Part shown: one piece after another, positions 62,369-64,000 of the stretch
How the letters are laid out: each line of letters starts with the position of its first letter
How positions within the stretch are numbered: position 1 is the first letter of the stretch
NCBI GenBank assembly: GCA_029778715.1
Contig: JAKOPT010000090.1
Coordinates: forward strand, 16,336-80,335
Origin: Actinomycetes bacterium
Lineage (GTDB): Bacteria > Actinomycetota > Actinomycetes > Actinomycetales > Dermatophilaceae
DNA length: 64,000 bases
Direction: 5' to 3'
Program-made: the position numbers and the translations under genes
Notes under the pieces: generated by a model
What the model was told of the DNA's origin: nothing
The model's database searches: none
Seen by the model: only the letters and a program-made list of their open reading frames with translations

Positions 62369-63636
62369 CGGGTCCCCCGAGAGGGCGAACGGCGGAAGGG
62401 CACGACGGCCACGGTGCGTCTGAGGAGGGAGGGCCGGGCTGCCAGGGCCGGTGCACAGCCGGGTTCGGAGCGGGCGAAGGACATGAGCATTCCGAGCACC
62501 AGCATGGTCGTCACCAGCGAGGACCCACCGGAACTGACCAGCGGCAGCGGGACCCCGATGACGGGCAGCAAACCGATGACGGCCCCAATGTTGACGAGGG
62601 CCTGGACGACGATCCAGGCCATCGCCGCGGCGGTGGCAACCCGGACGAAGAAGTCGGCGGTGCGGGTGACGAGCCGGTAGCAGGCGTAGGCAATCAGGCC
62701 GAAAAGGGCGAGGACCATGAGGGTGCCCGGCAGCCCGAGTTCCTCACCGATGATGGCGAAGATGAAGTCGTTGTGCGGCTCGGGCAGCCACTGCCACTTC
62801 TCCCGCGACTGGCCCAGGCCCAGCCCGAACCAACCGCCGTCGGCGAGGGCGAACCGGCCCTGCATCGGCTGCCGCGCGGCACCATACGGGTCGGTGTTGC
62901 GGCCCAGCCAGACATCGAATCGGGACAGCCGGTGCGCGCTCGTCAGCACGAGCGCCAGGGCCATCGCCCCGAACGCCGCACCCGCCCCGAGGAACCAGCG
63001 GGCCGGAATACCCGCCGCCCACAGGGTGGCCGCGATGACGGCCGCGATGACCACGGCCGTGCCCAGGTCCCCCCCACCGAGAACAAGGCCGACCGCGACC
63101 ATGGCTCCGGGGACGACGTAGGGGACGAGGACGTGAGCGATCTGGTTGAGACGGTCCTGCTTGAGATCCATGACGAGCGCACCGAACAGGACCAGCCCGA
63201 ACTTGATGAGCTCGGAGGGTTGCATCGTCATCGGCCCCAGGCGAATCCAGTTGCGGTTGCCGAGCACGGTCACCCCGAGGGGGGTATAGACCAGACCCTG
63301 CAGCAGGCAAGCCCCGATGAGGGCCGGCACCGCGAGGCGCCGCCACCACGTGACCGACAACTGCCGGGCGATGAGGAGCACGACCAGGCCGATCGCGGCA
63401 TACATGGCCTGATTGGTGAAAATCGTGAACGCCGACCGGGTCTTGCTCTGCGACAGTGACTCGATGGACGACGCCGAGAGCACCATCACCAAGCCGAACG
63501 CCACGAGGGTGGCGGTGACGACGACGAGCAGGTAGTAGGTGGTCGTCGGGGTCTCCAGCCGGTCGAGCCACTGGCGCACGCGGCCCAGGGTCGCCTGCCC
63601 GGCACCCTCGGTGGTTGCCGTGCCGCTCATGCTCAC
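62365..63636 (-). CDS. ftsW: SEDS family cell division protein FtsW
   Basis: MVLSAS, QPSE, DLGT, LPEPHNDFIF, GEELG, GVPLPLVSSGGSS. Confidence 0.96.
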   Translation of the reverse strand: MSMSGTATTEGAGQATLGRVRQWLDRLETPTTTYYLLVVVTATLVAFGLVMVLSASSIESLSQSKTRSAFTIFTNQAMYAAIGLVVLLIARQLSVTWWRRLAVPALIGACLLQGLVYTPLGVTVLGNRNWIRLGPMTMQPSELIKFGLVLFGALVMDLKQDRLNQIAHVLVPYVVPGAMVAVGLVLGGGDLGTAVVIAAVIAATLWAAGIPARWFLGAGAAFGAMALALVLTSAHRLSRFDVWLGRNTDPYGAARQPMQGRFALADGGWFGLGLGQSREKWQWLPEPHNDFIFAIIGEELGLPGTLMVLALFGLIAYACYRLVTRTADFFVRVATAAAMAWIVVQALVNIGAVIGLLPVIGVPLPLVSSGGSSLVTTMLVLGMLMSFARSEPGCAPALAARPSLLRRTVAVVPFRRSPSRGTR

Positions 63637-64000
63637 TCCCCCGCGGCCTGCGCCAGGCGCGCGACCGCTTCGACGAACGCCTCCCCACGCGCCCCGTAGT
63701 TGGCGAACATGTCCATTGAGGCCGCGGCGGGGGCGAGCAAAACGACATCGCCGGCCCGCGCCAGGGCGGCGGCCGAGGAGACGACGCGGTCCATGGCCCC
63801 AGTGTCCGTGTCCGAGACGTCGACGACGGGGACATCGGGGGCGTGTCGGGCCAAAGCCTGCGCGATGAGGTGCCGGTCACGCCCGATGAGCACGACCCCG
63901 CGCAGCCGGTCGGTATGCCGGGCGACCAGATCGTCGACGTCGGCCCCCTTGAGCAGGCCACCAGCCACCCAGACGACGGTCTCGAACGCCGCCAGGCTCG
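63633..64000 (-). CDS. murD: UDP-MurNAc-L-Ala--D-Glu ligase, 3' part (truncated by window end)
   Basis: WVAGGLLKG, VLLAPAAASMDMF.NY..RG. Confidence 0.95.
   Translation of the reverse strand, partial: SLAAFETVVWVAGGLLKGADVDDLVARHTDRLRGVVLIGRDRHLIAQALARHAPDVPVVDVSDTDTGAMDRVVSSAAALARAGDVVLLAPAAASMDMFANYGARGEAFVEAVARLAQAAGE

Overview
High-GC actinobacterial core-genome window; gene content and order suggest Micrococcales, possibly Intrasporangiaceae/Dermatophilaceae (inference). It runs from the 5' end of argC through pheT-pheS, rplT-rpmI-infC, hisD-C-B-H-priA, glnE-glnA2, panB-map-ppgK, RNase P RNA, metZ, glnA1, mtnA, ptrB, dnaE and lspA to the dcw cluster (divIVA, sepF, ftsZ, ftsQ, murC, murG, ftsW, 3' end of murD). 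I found no transposase, prophage or CRISPR array. The most striking signal is not a gene: the non-palindromic 8-mer CGGCATAC/GTATGCCG occurs about 90 times by manual count (50 + strand, 40 - strand, about 1.4 per kb, versus about 2 expected by chance). It occurs in all six reading frames, forces rare codons such as ATA, and forms inverted-pair hairpins at gene ends, as DNA uptake sequences do. Other notable observations: small palindromic/dispersed repeats that supply stop codons or sit in-frame in a CDS, a leaderless 27-aa uORF ahead of pheS, a P-type ATPase with PYGL in place of PEGL, ARG and GlnR boxes, and widespread leaderless gene starts. All counts and coordinates were read by eye.
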